From: Piedraia hortae CBS 480.64
Taxonomy: Eukaryota
Direction: 5' to 3'
Assembly (NCBI GenBank): GCA_010093745.1
Contig: MU005958.1
Span: 496,001-560,000 of the forward strand
Length of the DNA: 64,000 nucleotides
The notes beneath the pieces are model-generated. The model was not told the DNA's origin, searched no databases, and saw only the letters and a program-made list of their open reading frames with translations. This document shows, one piece after another, positions 44,315 to 55,425 of the stretch. Each line of letters begins with the position of its first letter. Position 1 is the stretch's first letter. A program made the translations under genes and the position numbers.

Positions 44315-45779
44315 AAGTGGTGCATAGCCTCCCATGGCCACCTCACAAACTCCGTAAAGCACACGATTGATGGCAGCGCTGCCTGCGCCCCGGTAGCTAT
44401 TTATTAGCTCGTCATCATGTTCCCGAGTGGGCTCAGAGGTCAGATTTGCATGGACACAAGACTGAGAAGGGCTTGATCGGCATCTCGCCCTCTTCCTCCG
44501 GCGTGCGTTAGTGTGATTTACCCGAAGTCGCCCTACCTCATCGCCGTTGGGTGGTATACAACGGTACAAGTCAAGAACATCGAAGCCGCCAATCACATTG
44601 CAGTCACCAACAGACATTGTGGGGGAACCTGCGAACACTGCTTCTTTTGAGCCCACTGCTTCCTCACCTACGAAAAGGCCTGAACCTTTGCCTGAGGGCA
44701 AACTTTCCAAGAGACAAGCCATTGACAACAACCCGTCAAAGACAAGACAAACATCCTCCAGATCGCCACGGATCCCGACGCTGCACACTCTCAAACACCT
44801 CCCCGCCCAACCAATAACCTCATCCGGGCAAATCTTGCATATCAACTACATACTCTTCAAAATGCGTTCCAATCTATGCTTATAAGCATTCAAGTCCACC
44901 TGGGAGAAAAGTCTCGCCCATTGGTTTCCTCTATCTTGCCAAGCTTCCCACCAAGCGGGTTATCCATGATTTTAAACAGGGCAATGATGAACTGATTCTC
45001 ATCTCACAATCTCTGTTCCACAGGGGTTAGGTCGTCATGAATACGCAAACACTATATATTAAATTGCCCCTTGGGGGGGAAAGGGGGGAAAGTATACCAG
45101 AAGTCCAGCGGTTTATATGTCTGTCTTTTCATCGAGTTTGTCGGGAAAGAGGAGCTCGGGAGAACAGTATGGAAGCCGGCCCGATAGATGTGATTCTTTA
45201 ACGAACCACCTTTGCATTGATTTTGCGAGAGAGTTAAAGAGGCTATTTTTCCCTACGACATGCAACATGCGATTGTGGCTACCTTGCGCCGTGATTGGCT
45301 ACTATCTGCCTCGCTAGCTGCCTTGTTTTTTATTTCTTTTGATTGGCTGATAACGCACGCGGCGAATATGATAGCCGCTGCTTCGATGTACATATTGTAG
45401 TTATATATCTGTTATGCAGTCTCCAAGGACCGTACAGCCTCTCATCGGTTTATTGAACATCTGAAGCACACTTGACATGAAGTCCTCCTTGTGAAACCGA
45501 AGAGCGGCAATTGGTTGTCTTGAACGAGTGTTTACATTAGAAGGCGACTCGTAGGTTACAGGCATTTGTATGGCTGACTAGAACATCGCCTACCTAGCGG
45601 AGCAATTGACTTGTTTGGTTTCTTTGGAAGATGACCACGACACGAGCGTCCCGCGTCCCCTTTCCTTCTGTAACGATGTAGGATAATTGACCAGCTTAAC
45701 CTCAGTATTCACATTCACTGCTCGGCAATGTTCTGACGACTGAAACGGTCGTCAACCGTTTGCCAATACCCTACTTAAA

Positions 45780-47023
45780 CTAGTCCAACTCAAGAGCTTG
45801 TCCTGCGGAAATGCGCTCTCTGAAATCCCATCGTAGTAACTTCTCATACAATTCACCAGCTCTGCCAAGTACCTCTTCGGGCAGATCCTGCAGGTTTTCC
45901 ATGTCCTCCTCATAGCGTGACCTAATCTGCGCTATTCAAATCCGCTGGGGTAGTATCTCGTACTTCCTTCCTTGCAATGCTTCGAGCCAACGTGCAGAGA
46001 ACGGATGATTGATCACATTGAACAGGCTAACGAGGAGATCATGTTCATCCCACGCTCATACTTGAATAGACAGGTCAGAGGATTAGAGCATGAAGCACTA
46101 TTAATGTTAGCTGTTTGGGGTGTCGGAAGTACAGAAACATACCAAGAGACGAGCAGCCACTCATCTATCTTTTCGTCGACAATGTCATGGATCAGAATCT
46201 CTGAAACACGGTACGGAAGCCGGACTGTTAACTTCTTTGGTTGATACCCCTCATAGAACGATTTCCCGTAATCTATGAGCATGATATTCGTCTCATCCCA
46301 CACTTTGTCCGGAAATAGGCATGCGACAAAAGGTATCGGGGTGCACTTGGTGGCAGAGGCGATCCATCCTTGCTCTTCAATTCATGAAAGTATGAATAGC
46401 TGAAGAAGTTCAGAAAGCCCTCTTCGATAAAGTCATTGATGCCAAGTGCTGCCCAGACAACATTGTTGAGGTGCGAGTCGCCATGCACAATGACGTGTTG
46501 ATGCAAACAGCCGACGGCCTGTGGAAGTTGTTTTTGAAGCCTCCTTGCAGCACTGGTAGCATGTGGGAGCAGAGCTGCCCGCAAATCGAGCCCGAGCGGG
46601 AGCACCTTGAACGTCCGTCACAATACAACTATGTGTCCCGTTCGGCCCAATAAGCTCGAACGCATCATGCAGGACGGGTATGTAGGCCATGCCGGTGTGC
46701 TCAGACTGACTTGCTGCGAAAATTTTCAAGATGTTTGCCTCGAGGACCGAATCATCCACAACGGGGATCTACATAGCTATGTATCTGTGCTCCCTGCAGA
46801 TCGATAAGCTTGCTGGTCCCAAAGATCAAGGCGTAAAGGCCTTACTGCACATCCATCGCCGCCCAGACGGTTGCTGAGAATCCCAAGTTTTTAGCTTGGC
46901 CATGATTCTATAACGCCCGTTGTGCAACATGTCTCCGATGTGCACGTGGTGGGATCCACCCGGTACATAGCGATCGAGTGGTTCAAACAAGCCTTCCTCG
47001 CACTCGTAGGGAGAAAGAGGCAT
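45780..47023 (-). pseudogene. SRPK/CMGC-like protein kinase pseudogene
   Basis: EPLDRYVPGGSHHVHIGD...RYRIMAKL, a frameshift to GFSATVWAA, YIAM*I (catalytic Lys is TAG, 46769-46771), GPNGTHSCIV, HGDSHLNN, IDYG, YRVSE and KLLRWDFRERISAGQAL. Several frameshifts and stops; intron signals are retained. Confidence 0.85.
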
Positions 47024-47225
47024 TCTGGTAATGCGGCATCGGAAACCAAATCTTGTCTCAAGTACAGCTTCGTCACCCAAAATCCGACTTTTCTAGTCAC
47101 ATCGCATGAGTCGCGACGTTGACAAACGGCCCGCTCCGCGGTCCGACCCACTATCGAAAATCCCCCACCCCACCACCTCCACCACCTCCACCACACCAAC
47201 TCTCAGCCAAACGCAAATCGCAATA

Positions 47226-47636
47226 ATGAAGCTCGTCCGGTGCGTCTTCCCCGCGAAGCATCACACCCACTAACGAAAACCCAGGTTCCTAATGAAATGT
47301 ACCAACGAAACCGTAACCATCGAGCTTAAGACCGGCACGATCGTTCACGGCACGATCGCATCCGTCTCACCCCAAATGAACACGAATTTGCGCTCGGCAA
47401 AGATGACTCTAAAGAACGGCACGGCGGTCGAGGGAGTGGATAATATTTCTATTCGTGGGAACGAAATCAGGTATTTTATCCTGCCGGATTCGTTACCGTT
47501 GGATTCGTTGCTGGTGGATGATGCGCCGAAGGCAAAGAACAAGGCTATGAAACAGAAAGAGGAGAAGAAGGGGGGTGGGACCAGAGGTCGCGGGAAGGGG
47601 AGGGGACGAGGTCGAGGAAGGGGGAGGGGGTTCTAG
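47226..47636 (+). CDS. SMD1: Small nuclear ribonucleoprotein Sm D1
   Basis: [20 protein letters not shown] after intron 47240-47284; [20 protein letters not shown]-repeat tail. Confidence 0.95.
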
Positions 47637-47669
47637 GGTATTGGATAAGCATTGTCTCGTTTGCGAGTT

Positions 47670-48080
47670 TTATGGGAGTTTTGTGCTAATGGGAATTTCT
47701 GATGTTTGTATGGCTTGCTCGGAGTTGATTTTGAGCCAGCCTTCTTCTTCCTCTTCGGTGTTGGGGGGTTTCTCCTTTTCTGTATCCTTTTTCTCACTTC
47801 GTTCGTCGTTTTCGCTTCCTCCAACCCTCTGTCGTTCCCTCTCCCGTTCACGTTCGAGCTCGGTGATGAACCAGGCTACTGTCGCCCATAGCATAGCGGC
47901 AATACAGCCTAGCACGGCAAAGTGTATGCTTCGAGTTGCGAGCAAGAGTAGGAACAGGAGCATCTGCAGCGATAGGAATGCGGCGTGTGTTGCTTGCACG
48001 AGCGAGGGCGTTGGCCCCGCTGTCAGTATCGAGTTGACTACTGTTTCCACGAAGGATTGGTCTGCGGTTCGAGGGTCCAT
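47670..48080 (-). CDS. PKR1: ER V-ATPase assembly factor Pkr1-like
   Basis: SILTAGPTPSLVQATHAAF...SIHF...LWATVAWFITEL; two TM segments and a charged tail. Confidence 0.8.
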   Translation of the reverse strand: MDPRTADQSFVETVVNSILTAGPTPSLVQATHAAFLSLQMLLFLLLLATRSIHFAVLGCIAAMLWATVAWFITELERERERERQRVGGSENDERSEKKDTEKEKPPNTEEEEEGWLKINSEQAIQTSEIPISTKLP

Positions 48081-48376
48081 GTCCGGAGGGTTAGGTTGAG
48101 CTTGTTTTGAGGGAGTCCGAGAGGGATGATTGTCGTTTCGGTGGGGGCTTTTGGTTGAAGCTTGGTGGGAGCTTTACGGCTTGCGAGGAACTGAGGCTTG
48201 ATACGACTGCTTGACAAGGCTTCCCCCTGAATTGCACAACTGGGGGACTCTGCACAATTTACCTACTGCTCAAGAGACACCTGACGTGGTCAGAATACGC
48301 CGGCAGATGATGGTGACAGATGACTGGCAGCACGTGCCCCTAGGCTAGACCCAAAGAAGAAGGCACGCAACTGCAG

Positions 48377-49777
48377 ATGGAAACAGAAACACAAGAGCCC
48401 CTTCTCGGCGATGGTACTGACGGCAAGGACAAGGGCAAGGGCAAGAATGTGGTCCCTTTACTCTGCTCCCATCTGTCCAGCATCGCGGGCCTCTTGTTTG
48501 GCTACGACCAGGGAATGCTATCCCTCTTACTCGTTTCCCCTACATTCAATGCAGCCTTCCCTGGCTCTGCCAGCGGATACACAAAGGGTCTCCTGACAGC
48601 GATTCTCGAGTGTGGTGCTTTTGTCGGGGCCCTAGCGCAGAGCTTCATCTCCGACTCCTTCAGCAGGCGGTACTCGTTCCTTTTTGCCGTGGCTGTGTTT
48701 GTTACCGGCGCAGTCATTCAAACTGTTGCCCAAGGCTACGTGTCGCTGCTGATAGGTCGCGCTGTGGGCGGCACGGGAGTGGGCATGCTGAGCATGGTTG
48801 CACCCGTGTACATCAGCGAGATTGCGCCAAGGGAGAAGAGAGGCTCAATGCTGGCGCTACAGGAGCTTTCGGTCGTCCTGGGCATCTTGCTGGCCTTTGC
48901 CGTTACGCTGTGGACGACATGCCGTTGGGAGTCTCGCTGGCAGTGGAAGTTACCGTTCGCCTTGCAGTTGGTGCCCGCACTTTGTCTCGCTGTCGGTGTT
49001 CTTTATCTGCCCTTCTCGCCCCGGTGGCTTGCCATGAAAGGGCGACTAGATGAGGTGAAGCTGACATTGTGCAGACTTAGAGGCTTACCGGCAGACGATG
49101 AGAGACTCAGAGAGGAACTCGAGGCCATCGTAGACGAGGCTGCGCGCGCAAAGAACATAGAACTCGCGTGGAAGGACCTTTTTGTCTCGTTCAGGAAAAG
49201 GACAGCCGTCGCTACCGGACTCATGTTCTTTCAGCAATTTGTCGGCATCAACGCCCTCGTCTACTACTCGCCCACGCTTTTTGCCATGCTGGGCCTGGAC
49301 GACACATGGGTGCTTTGCTCGTCCGGCGTGTTGAACGCTCTGCAGCTGGTCGGCGTCCTTTCCTCTTTGTGGACCATGGACAGGTTCGGAAGGCGGCCTC
49401 TGCTGCTGGTCGGCAGCGCCGTCATGTTTTTCTGTCACGTCGGCGTGGCCGGAGGCCCTGCTGCGTTGGGCGTTGTCCTTCTATTCATCTACATGGTCGC
49501 CTTTGGAGCAGGTTGGGGCCCCGTGCCTTGGGCCATGCCCAGCGAGATCTTCCCTTCGCCTCTGCGTGCCAAAGGCGTCGCCATCGCCACCTGTTCCAAT
49601 TGGTGGAACAATTTTGTTGTTGGACTAATCACCCCACCCCTGATGGAGAGCTCGGCAGGAGCAGCATATCTCTTCTTTGCCACCTTCTGCCTGCTCAGCG
49701 GCATCTGGGCGTGGTTCTGTGTGCCCGAGACAAACGGAAAGACGCTGGAGGAAGTGGATCTTGAGTTTTCTATCTAG
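48377..49777 (+). CDS. MFS sugar porter family transporter
   Basis: GLLFGYDQG, YISEIAP, PFSPRWL, QQFVGINALVYY, DRFGRR, SEIFP and PETNGKTLEE. Confidence 0.92.
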   Translation: METETQEPLLGDGTDGKDKGKGKNVVPLLCSHLSSIAGLLFGYDQGMLSLLLVSPTFNAAFPGSASGYTKGLLTAILECGAFVGALAQSFISDSFSRRYSFLFAVAVFVTGAVIQTVAQGYVSLLIGRAVGGTGVGMLSMVAPVYISEIAPREKRGSMLALQELSVVLGILLAFAVTLWTTCRWESRWQWKLPFALQLVPALCLAVGVLYLPFSPRWLAMKGRLDEVKLTLCRLRGLPADDERLREELEAIVDEAARAKNIELAWKDLFVSFRKRTAVATGLMFFQQFVGINALVYYSPTLFAMLGLDDTWVLCSSGVLNALQLVGVLSSLWTMDRFGRRPLLLVGSAVMFFCHVGVAGGPAALGVVLLFIYMVAFGAGWGPVPWAMPSEIFPSPLRAKGVAIATCSNWWNNFVVGLITPPLMESSAGAAYLFFATFCLLSGIWAWFCVPETNGKTLEEVDLEFSI

Positions 49778-50328
49778 AATCTTCTTTCTCGTAGGTAGCG
49801 CAGCACTCGTTGCTTGTGGTGGCCGTCCAGGACGACATGGCGCGTCACCGGGTTGATGCTCCCTTTCAGTCCTAGATCTTGCCATAGACGCTCCTTGAGT
49901 GCCTCGACTCGTCCGTCCACCTTCTTGATCTCTGTCAGTTCCAGGTTCCCGCCACGCTTCCGTTGCTGGTAGATGGGCAGTTCTCCGTTGCGTGTGCGCA
50001 TCACAAAGTACGGTAAGTTTGGCGCCGAGTGCTCCGCAGGTAGAAAGTCGACGGGCTCTGGCGCGAGCTTGCTTCGTTGTACGCCCTCGTGTGTCTGCTG
50101 TCGCGTCGGATACGCGCGCACCGGTCGTGGATGGCTCGTTCGGTGTGACGCCCGAGACTCTTTTGGTCGCGGCAGAGAGTTGGAAGGCGGAGGATACGAA
50201 GGCGATGCTGTCTTTGATGCGACCAGATTCGGGTCTATCTGATCAGCATCTACTCTCTCTGTCTTTGGCTGAGACTCACCCTCACAGCGGCGGCTAAGAG
50301 CCGAGAACTGTCTTATGAAGTGCCGCAT
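49774..50328 (-). CDS. IMG2: Mitochondrial ribosomal protein mL49
   Basis: LPYFVMRTRNGELPIY...GGNLELTEIKKVDG...GHH; presequence-like N-terminus. Confidence 0.85.
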   Translation of the reverse strand: MRHFIRQFSALSRRCEGESQPKTERVDADQIDPNLVASKTASPSYPPPSNSLPRPKESRASHRTSHPRPVRAYPTRQQTHEGVQRSKLAPEPVDFLPAEHSAPNLPYFVMRTRNGELPIYQQRKRGGNLELTEIKKVDGRVEALKERLWQDLGLKGSINPVTRHVVLDGHHKQRVLRYLRERRF

Positions 50329-50512
50329 TGTCGGCTTCTTGAACTGTTGATTTGGGCTCTGACACCAAAATTCCTTTCGTCGCAGTCGGAGGCCGGCGGG
50401 GGGGGGGGGGTGGGAAAGGCCTCGCGCAAACGATCCAGACCCGTGCAGCAGTCACGGTGACATTTTTGTCACAACGTCACGTCTTGGCGCTTCCCGCTTC
50501 CACCGACACACA

Positions 50513-51854
50513 ATGACCAGCATACTGCCCCAGCTGGTGCGCAACCTCGACCGTCACCTTGTCTTTCCGCTGCTCAGCTTTGCAGAGGAATTGACGCCCG
50601 AAGACGAAGATGTTAGCCACATCACGCAGCTCAAGTTTGAGCTCCTGCAGCCCACCAACATGAGCGATTTTATCGGCAACCTGGACGCGCAACTTAAAGG
50701 CGTCGATGAACTGCCGCCCGAGTATGCCAAGAAGCGCGACGAGATCCTCGCGCGTAGCAAAAAATTCGCCGGTGACTGTCAGAAGCTGCTCGGCCTGCTG
50801 GGCGACCAGGAAGTCGTCGGCAACCTGCGGGCGGACAAGGAAAGCAACATGAACTATCTCCAGGAACACCACGGCGTCACGCCCGACATGGTTGCCGAGC
50901 TGTACGATTATGGTCAATTTCAGTACTCGTGCGGCGACTACGAGACGGCTGCCGATCTGCTCTACCAGTTCCGTATCCTGTCGACGGACAACGACAAGGT
51001 CAACGCGGCCACATGGGGGAAGCTCGCGTGCGACATCCTAACGACCAACTGGGAGAGCGCAATGGAGGAGGTTCAAAGGCTCAAGGAATCCATCGACACG
51101 CGTCTCTTCAACAACTCCCTCGCTCAGTTGCAGCACCGCACCTGGCTCATCCACTGGAGCCTTTTCCCCTTCTTCAACCACGAGCCTGCCCGCGACGTCC
51201 TCACCGACCTCTTCTTCTCGCAGCCATATATCAACACAATCCAGACGTTCTGTCCCTGGATATTGCGCTATCTTGCCGCCGCCGTCATCACAAACCGCTC
51301 GCGGCCTGGCAAAGCGAACTTCATGTATTCAAACTACCAGAAGCAGCTCAAAGATCTCGCGCGCGTGGTCCGCCAGGAAGGCTATGAGTACAGCGATCCC
51401 ATTACGCAATTTGTCAAGGCGCTGTACCTCGACTTTGACTTTGAGGAGGCACAGAAGCGGCTTGTAGAGGTCGACGAGATTATGCGGTCCGATTTCTTTC
51501 TTGCAGCCTCTTCGGAGGCTTTCCTCGATGCCGCTCGCCATCTCATATCAGAGCTCTACTGCCGTATCCACCAGAGGATCGATATCAAGTGAGTGGGAAA
51601 ATTTTAGTGTTTGTCTTTCAACTAATCAACGGGGCTGCAGGGATCTTTCCAAACGGCTTGGGCTTACAGACGTCGAAGGCGAAAAGTGGATCGTGAACCT
51701 TATTCGCGACACGCGCGTCGATGCCAAGATCGATTACACGGCCGGAACCGTCATCATGAACCATCCGCCCGTCTCCGTCTATCAGCAAGTAATCGAAAGG
51801 ACAAAGGGCGGCTTTTTCAGAACGCAGGTGCTCAGCGCTGCTGTGGCCAAGTAG
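50513..51854 (+). CDS. INT6: Translation initiation factor 3 subunit E (PCI domain)
   Basis: [22 protein letters not shown] and [13 protein letters not shown]. Intron 51589-51640. Confidence 0.95.
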
Positions 51855-52487
51855 ACTACTGTGGATACCCCCATACGACTTTGCAGGCGGTGATAAAATG
51901 TACATTCCAGATTTCAACAATGTTTTGCATCGGAATAGTTTTGCCCCGTTGTCTCCAAAAAAAAAATTGCTTCGTTACACCACTGTCCACATGTCCACGT
52001 ACTCATCCCCTCATCCTGACAACGTCATCCGCCTACGTCACACCATCACATGCAAATTTTTACTTGCCAAGAACACCCAAAAACGGTCCAACAAGTCCCG
52101 ACGAAGCCCGGCCGCGTCCGTTAATTCACCATGCATATACCTTAGCTAATGGAATAGGAAGAAGAAAATAAATAAAATGATCGTCACCTCGGCCACACAG
52201 GTGGTGGCTAACGGACGCGAAAGTGACACCGGCTTCGAGTGACACTACATGTGCATGAACGGTCATATCTTCATAGGCCATGCGATTATGTAATCCGACA
52301 GTCTGATTAATTCGGAACATCCAAGGAAAGGAGAGGGGCCAGTGACAAATCAGGCTCGCTCATTGCACATCGTCCGAACCTGATTTGACGGGTTTCTATG
52401 TGCATGTGATGTGTTTAGGTGTGCATGTGTTAGAATTATGCATGCACGCATGCGCTGATTTATGGGCCAAAGGGTGGAGATGGGTAG

Positions 52488-53969
52488 TTATCTTCTCTTG
52501 CCTTTTTTCTTATTCTTCCCGGATTTTCCCTCGCTGCTTTTGAGTGCAGCATGGGAGGGAACGTCTTCCAGATGCCTAAACAGCTGCGTTCGAGTTGGAA
52601 AACTTGCACTGCATGCCAGGCATCGGATCGACGTGTTTGGACTTGATGAAGTGGCTGCCGCCTTGCGAAGACGTTTTTGGGCCGCCTTGCCTAAAACTGG
52701 TTTGGCGGTGTTAGGGCCAGGATTGGGCTCGGAACCAGGACTGGGAGGTGGTGGCGGCTCTTCATCGTTGGACCCGGGTTGGAGTGGCTCATCTGGATCG
52801 CATTGGCCTGGTTCCTCTGCATCGCTGGGTTCAGATTGGAGTGCTTCTGATTCTTCAGATAATGACCCTTCCAAGACCATATCCTCTATTTTGTCAGCCA
52901 GCTCCTCGTCAATGTCTCCAGCACCAGCTCCTCCTAGATTATATTTCTCGTCGTCCCTAACCATCTTCTTCCTCAACGCCACAATTGCCTTTTGATGTTT
53001 CTTGCTCCTCTCGTGGGCTAACCATTGTTTTTCGCTTTTGAAAATCTTGTTACACGCCACACATTCGATTTCCTGCCTGGTTTCGTCGTCTTCGTCAAAG
53101 TTGCCCTCGTCAGGGTCAACAAGGCTCTGCTTAGCCCACTCTGGTAGAACTTCGCTCTTCAGTCTCTCCTCGTTAGCCGCTCTGGCTCTGGCAGCTTGTG
53201 CAGCGGCCGCGTCTCTCAAAGCCTGCTGTCTTTCAACTTCACTCTGCACTATAGGCGTATATCTTGGATCGCGCTTGCGTACAAAAGCAACAAGAGATCT
53301 CACCGCCTCGTTAAACTCCCGAATTGCATCGAGGCGGGCTTTTTTATTCTCCTGCTCCATCCTTCTGCGGGACCAACGGTCCGGGGCTTCGCTCAGCCGC
53401 CATTTGTCTTCCCAGGAGAAAGATTTGGCCGTGGAGAACGAATGCCAGGCAGAGTAAAAGGGCCTGACAACATCATCGTAGGCGTCCTCCTTGTGTCCGA
53501 AAGAAGGATAGCTCTTCCCTCCGGCCGCCTCCTCCTCCTTGATCAAGTGATCAAACGTATCTCTCAAAAACCCGTAGAAGCCGGACGGGGCATCGGTAAA
53601 CTCAATCTTATGATTGAATTTGGTCACGAGCCGGGTAAGGTCATTCGCTGTTGTGACCCGTACATCTTGATATATGGGGCCCTCGGCTCCGTCATGGCCC
53701 AAAATGGTGGCTTCATGGCTGTCGTACCAAGCCCTCTCCTGCGGGTCTGATAGGACCTCGTAGGCAGCCTGCACCTCTGCAAAGATCCTGGTCGCGTGGG
53801 CCTCGTTGCCGTAGTTTCGGTCAGGATGCAGCTCCAAGGCTTTTTTCCGATAAGCGCGCTTCAGGTCTTCATCAGTGGCATAGCGATCTACATCCAGCAA
53901 ACGATAATAACTGATTTTAGCTTCGGTGCTCTGCACCTCGCCACGGTCAGATGATTGACTGGCACCCAT
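52488..53969 (-). CDS. JJJ1: J-domain protein with C2H2 zinc fingers (DNAJC21/Jjj1)
   Basis: HPD J-domain, CVACNKIFKSEKQWLAHERSKKH and a second C2H2-like motif near the C-terminus. Confidence 0.92.
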   Translation of the reverse strand: MGASQSSDRGEVQSTEAKISYYRLLDVDRYATDEDLKRAYRKKALELHPDRNYGNEAHATRIFAEVQAAYEVLSDPQERAWYDSHEATILGHDGAEGPIYQDVRVTTANDLTRLVTKFNHKIEFTDAPSGFYGFLRDTFDHLIKEEEAAGGKSYPSFGHKEDAYDDVVRPFYSAWHSFSTAKSFSWEDKWRLSEAPDRWSRRRMEQENKKARLDAIREFNEAVRSLVAFVRKRDPRYTPIVQSEVERQQALRDAAAAQAARARAANEERLKSEVLPEWAKQSLVDPDEGNFDEDDETRQEIECVACNKIFKSEKQWLAHERSKKHQKAIVALRKKMVRDDEKYNLGGAGAGDIDEELADKIEDMVLEGSLSEESEALQSEPSDAEEPGQCDPDEPLQPGSNDEEPPPPPSPGSEPNPGPNTAKPVLGKAAQKRLRKAAATSSSPNTSIRCLACSASFPTRTQLFRHLEDVPSHAALKSSEGKSGKNKKKGKRR

Positions 53970-54139
53970 AGTTAGGCGAAAGATGACCCCTCCCCCCCTC
54001 CCCGCACGCGGCTGAAGGGATGCGGAACAAAGGAGGCGTGGAGCAACGTCACAGAACTACGTCTGACAGCATCACGTAATTTTGACAGGTGTCGTATATA
54101 TAACTACGACCATCAATCAAACTTTGCCACACAAACATC

Positions 54140-54706
54140 ATGGAGTTCCAGTCCACAGAGCTTTACGGTGGTGCCATCAAGGTCGACCTCCCCAAGAACT
54201 TCATCGATGCCAGCCACTTGCGCGATATCCCCGACCATGAGGAGCTTTTCATCGATGCCGAAGGCTTCACTTCGATCATTATCGACATCACTGAGCACGT
54301 TGCAATGCCAACCGAAAGCGAGGCTATGGAGACCCACCTACAGGACGTTGTCGAGGAGGACAGGCCTGCAACCGAGGTGGCAAGATTACGACAAGCGCCA
54401 TTCGCAAAGTTGCCAAACACAATGGCAAGCATGTTGATCGCGTCAACGCCACCGTCAGAAAGACATCATGGCCGGCCCAACGCCCCAGATGTGGTCGGGA
54501 TGGTCATGATCAGGGCCACTCTGGCGGAGCAGAACAGCGACGTCGTCATCACCATCAATGTTCCCCATGTTCCGGGATACTACAACAGGGAAGAAGTGGA
54601 CATCCAGAATGGAAGGTACGGGACGTTAATGGAGCAGGCAATAGAATGTCGGGATAGAATTTTGGCCACCTTTGAAGTGGTCGACTGGAATTTGTTCAAC
54701 GGATAA
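54140..54706 (+). CDS. MOG1: Ran-binding protein Mog1
   Basis: LYGGAIKVDLP...DASHLRDIPDHEELF and C-terminal FEVVDWNLF. Confidence 0.88.
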   Translation: MEFQSTELYGGAIKVDLPKNFIDASHLRDIPDHEELFIDAEGFTSIIIDITEHVAMPTESEAMETHLQDVVEEDRPATEVARLRQAPFAKLPNTMASMLIASTPPSERHHGRPNAPDVVGMVMIRATLAEQNSDVVITINVPHVPGYYNREEVDIQNGRYGTLMEQAIECRDRILATFEVVDWNLFNG

Positions 54707-54815
54707 AAGACCTCATATCGTCATAAAGAGCGCCGTAGTGCTATGATACGTCACTCGTACCTGTCAAAGCCGTCCTTGTGCGCTTCACAAAGGCGGGGCG
54801 ATCGAATGAATGATG

Positions 54816-54985
54816 TCACTGCCCCGCCATGATGCTCATCACTGCCCCCGCCATGACGATGTAAGCATGAGGTATAAAGCACTCTGTTTTCCTCCTCTTC
54901 CTCTTCCACCGCAACCTCTCTACCCACAACCACTCTACACCCACAACCAATCTACACCCACAACCAATCTACACACACAACCACT
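54816..54985 (+). repeat. Promoter/5'UTR tandem repeats of HSP12: TCACTGCCCCGCCATGA x2 and a ~17-nt TCTACACCCACAACCAA unit x~4
   Basis: Directly visible at ~54816-54856 and ~54919-54985. Confidence 0.8.
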
Positions 54986-55007
54986 ACTACAAACACAAGT
55001 CTTAATT

Positions 55008-55314
55008 ATGACTGACTCCACCCGCAAGGATTTGGGCGACAGTATGTCCCGCCACCGTCTGCTCTTTACACGGCTAATGTGAACCAGAGATCGCCGACAA
55101 GGCCACCCCCAACGAGAGCAAGTCTTACACGGACCAGGCCAAGGATAGCCTCACCGGCGCTGCCGACAAGGCCCAGCGTGACTTTGTTCCCGACAACCAG
55201 AAGTCGACCGGCCAGTCTCTCCAGGATAAGGTTTCCCGCACGGGCTCGAGCGAGGCGGACAAGGGCGAGGGTCTGCTCGACAAGGCCAAGGATGCCATGG
55301 GTATGAACAAATAA
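55008..55314 (+). CDS. HSP12: Heat shock protein Hsp9/Hsp12 family (absent from the ORF track)
   Basis: MTDSTRKDLGD|KIADKATPNESKSYTDQAKDSLTGAADKAQRDFVPDNQKS after intron 55042-55087; TAA at 55312-55314. Confidence 0.88.
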
Positions 55315-55425
55315 GTTATGGGCATGACGACGCAGTTGCTGTTCAGTAGTCCTAGTATGATGTTCGGCCCCTAAACTGTGTATTCCATGTGATAACGGTG
55401 TGGCGTGAGAGGCGCAGCATGTAAT

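Noticed and set aside
44981..45045. ATGATGA box C-like motif suggesting a second snoRNA
   Set aside because: No properly spaced terminal CTGA box D and no rRNA-complementary guide that I could recognise.
46769..46771. TAG in the kinase pseudogene as an A-to-I editing-restorable stop
   Set aside because: The position needs Lys (AAG), not Trp, and frameshifts are also present.
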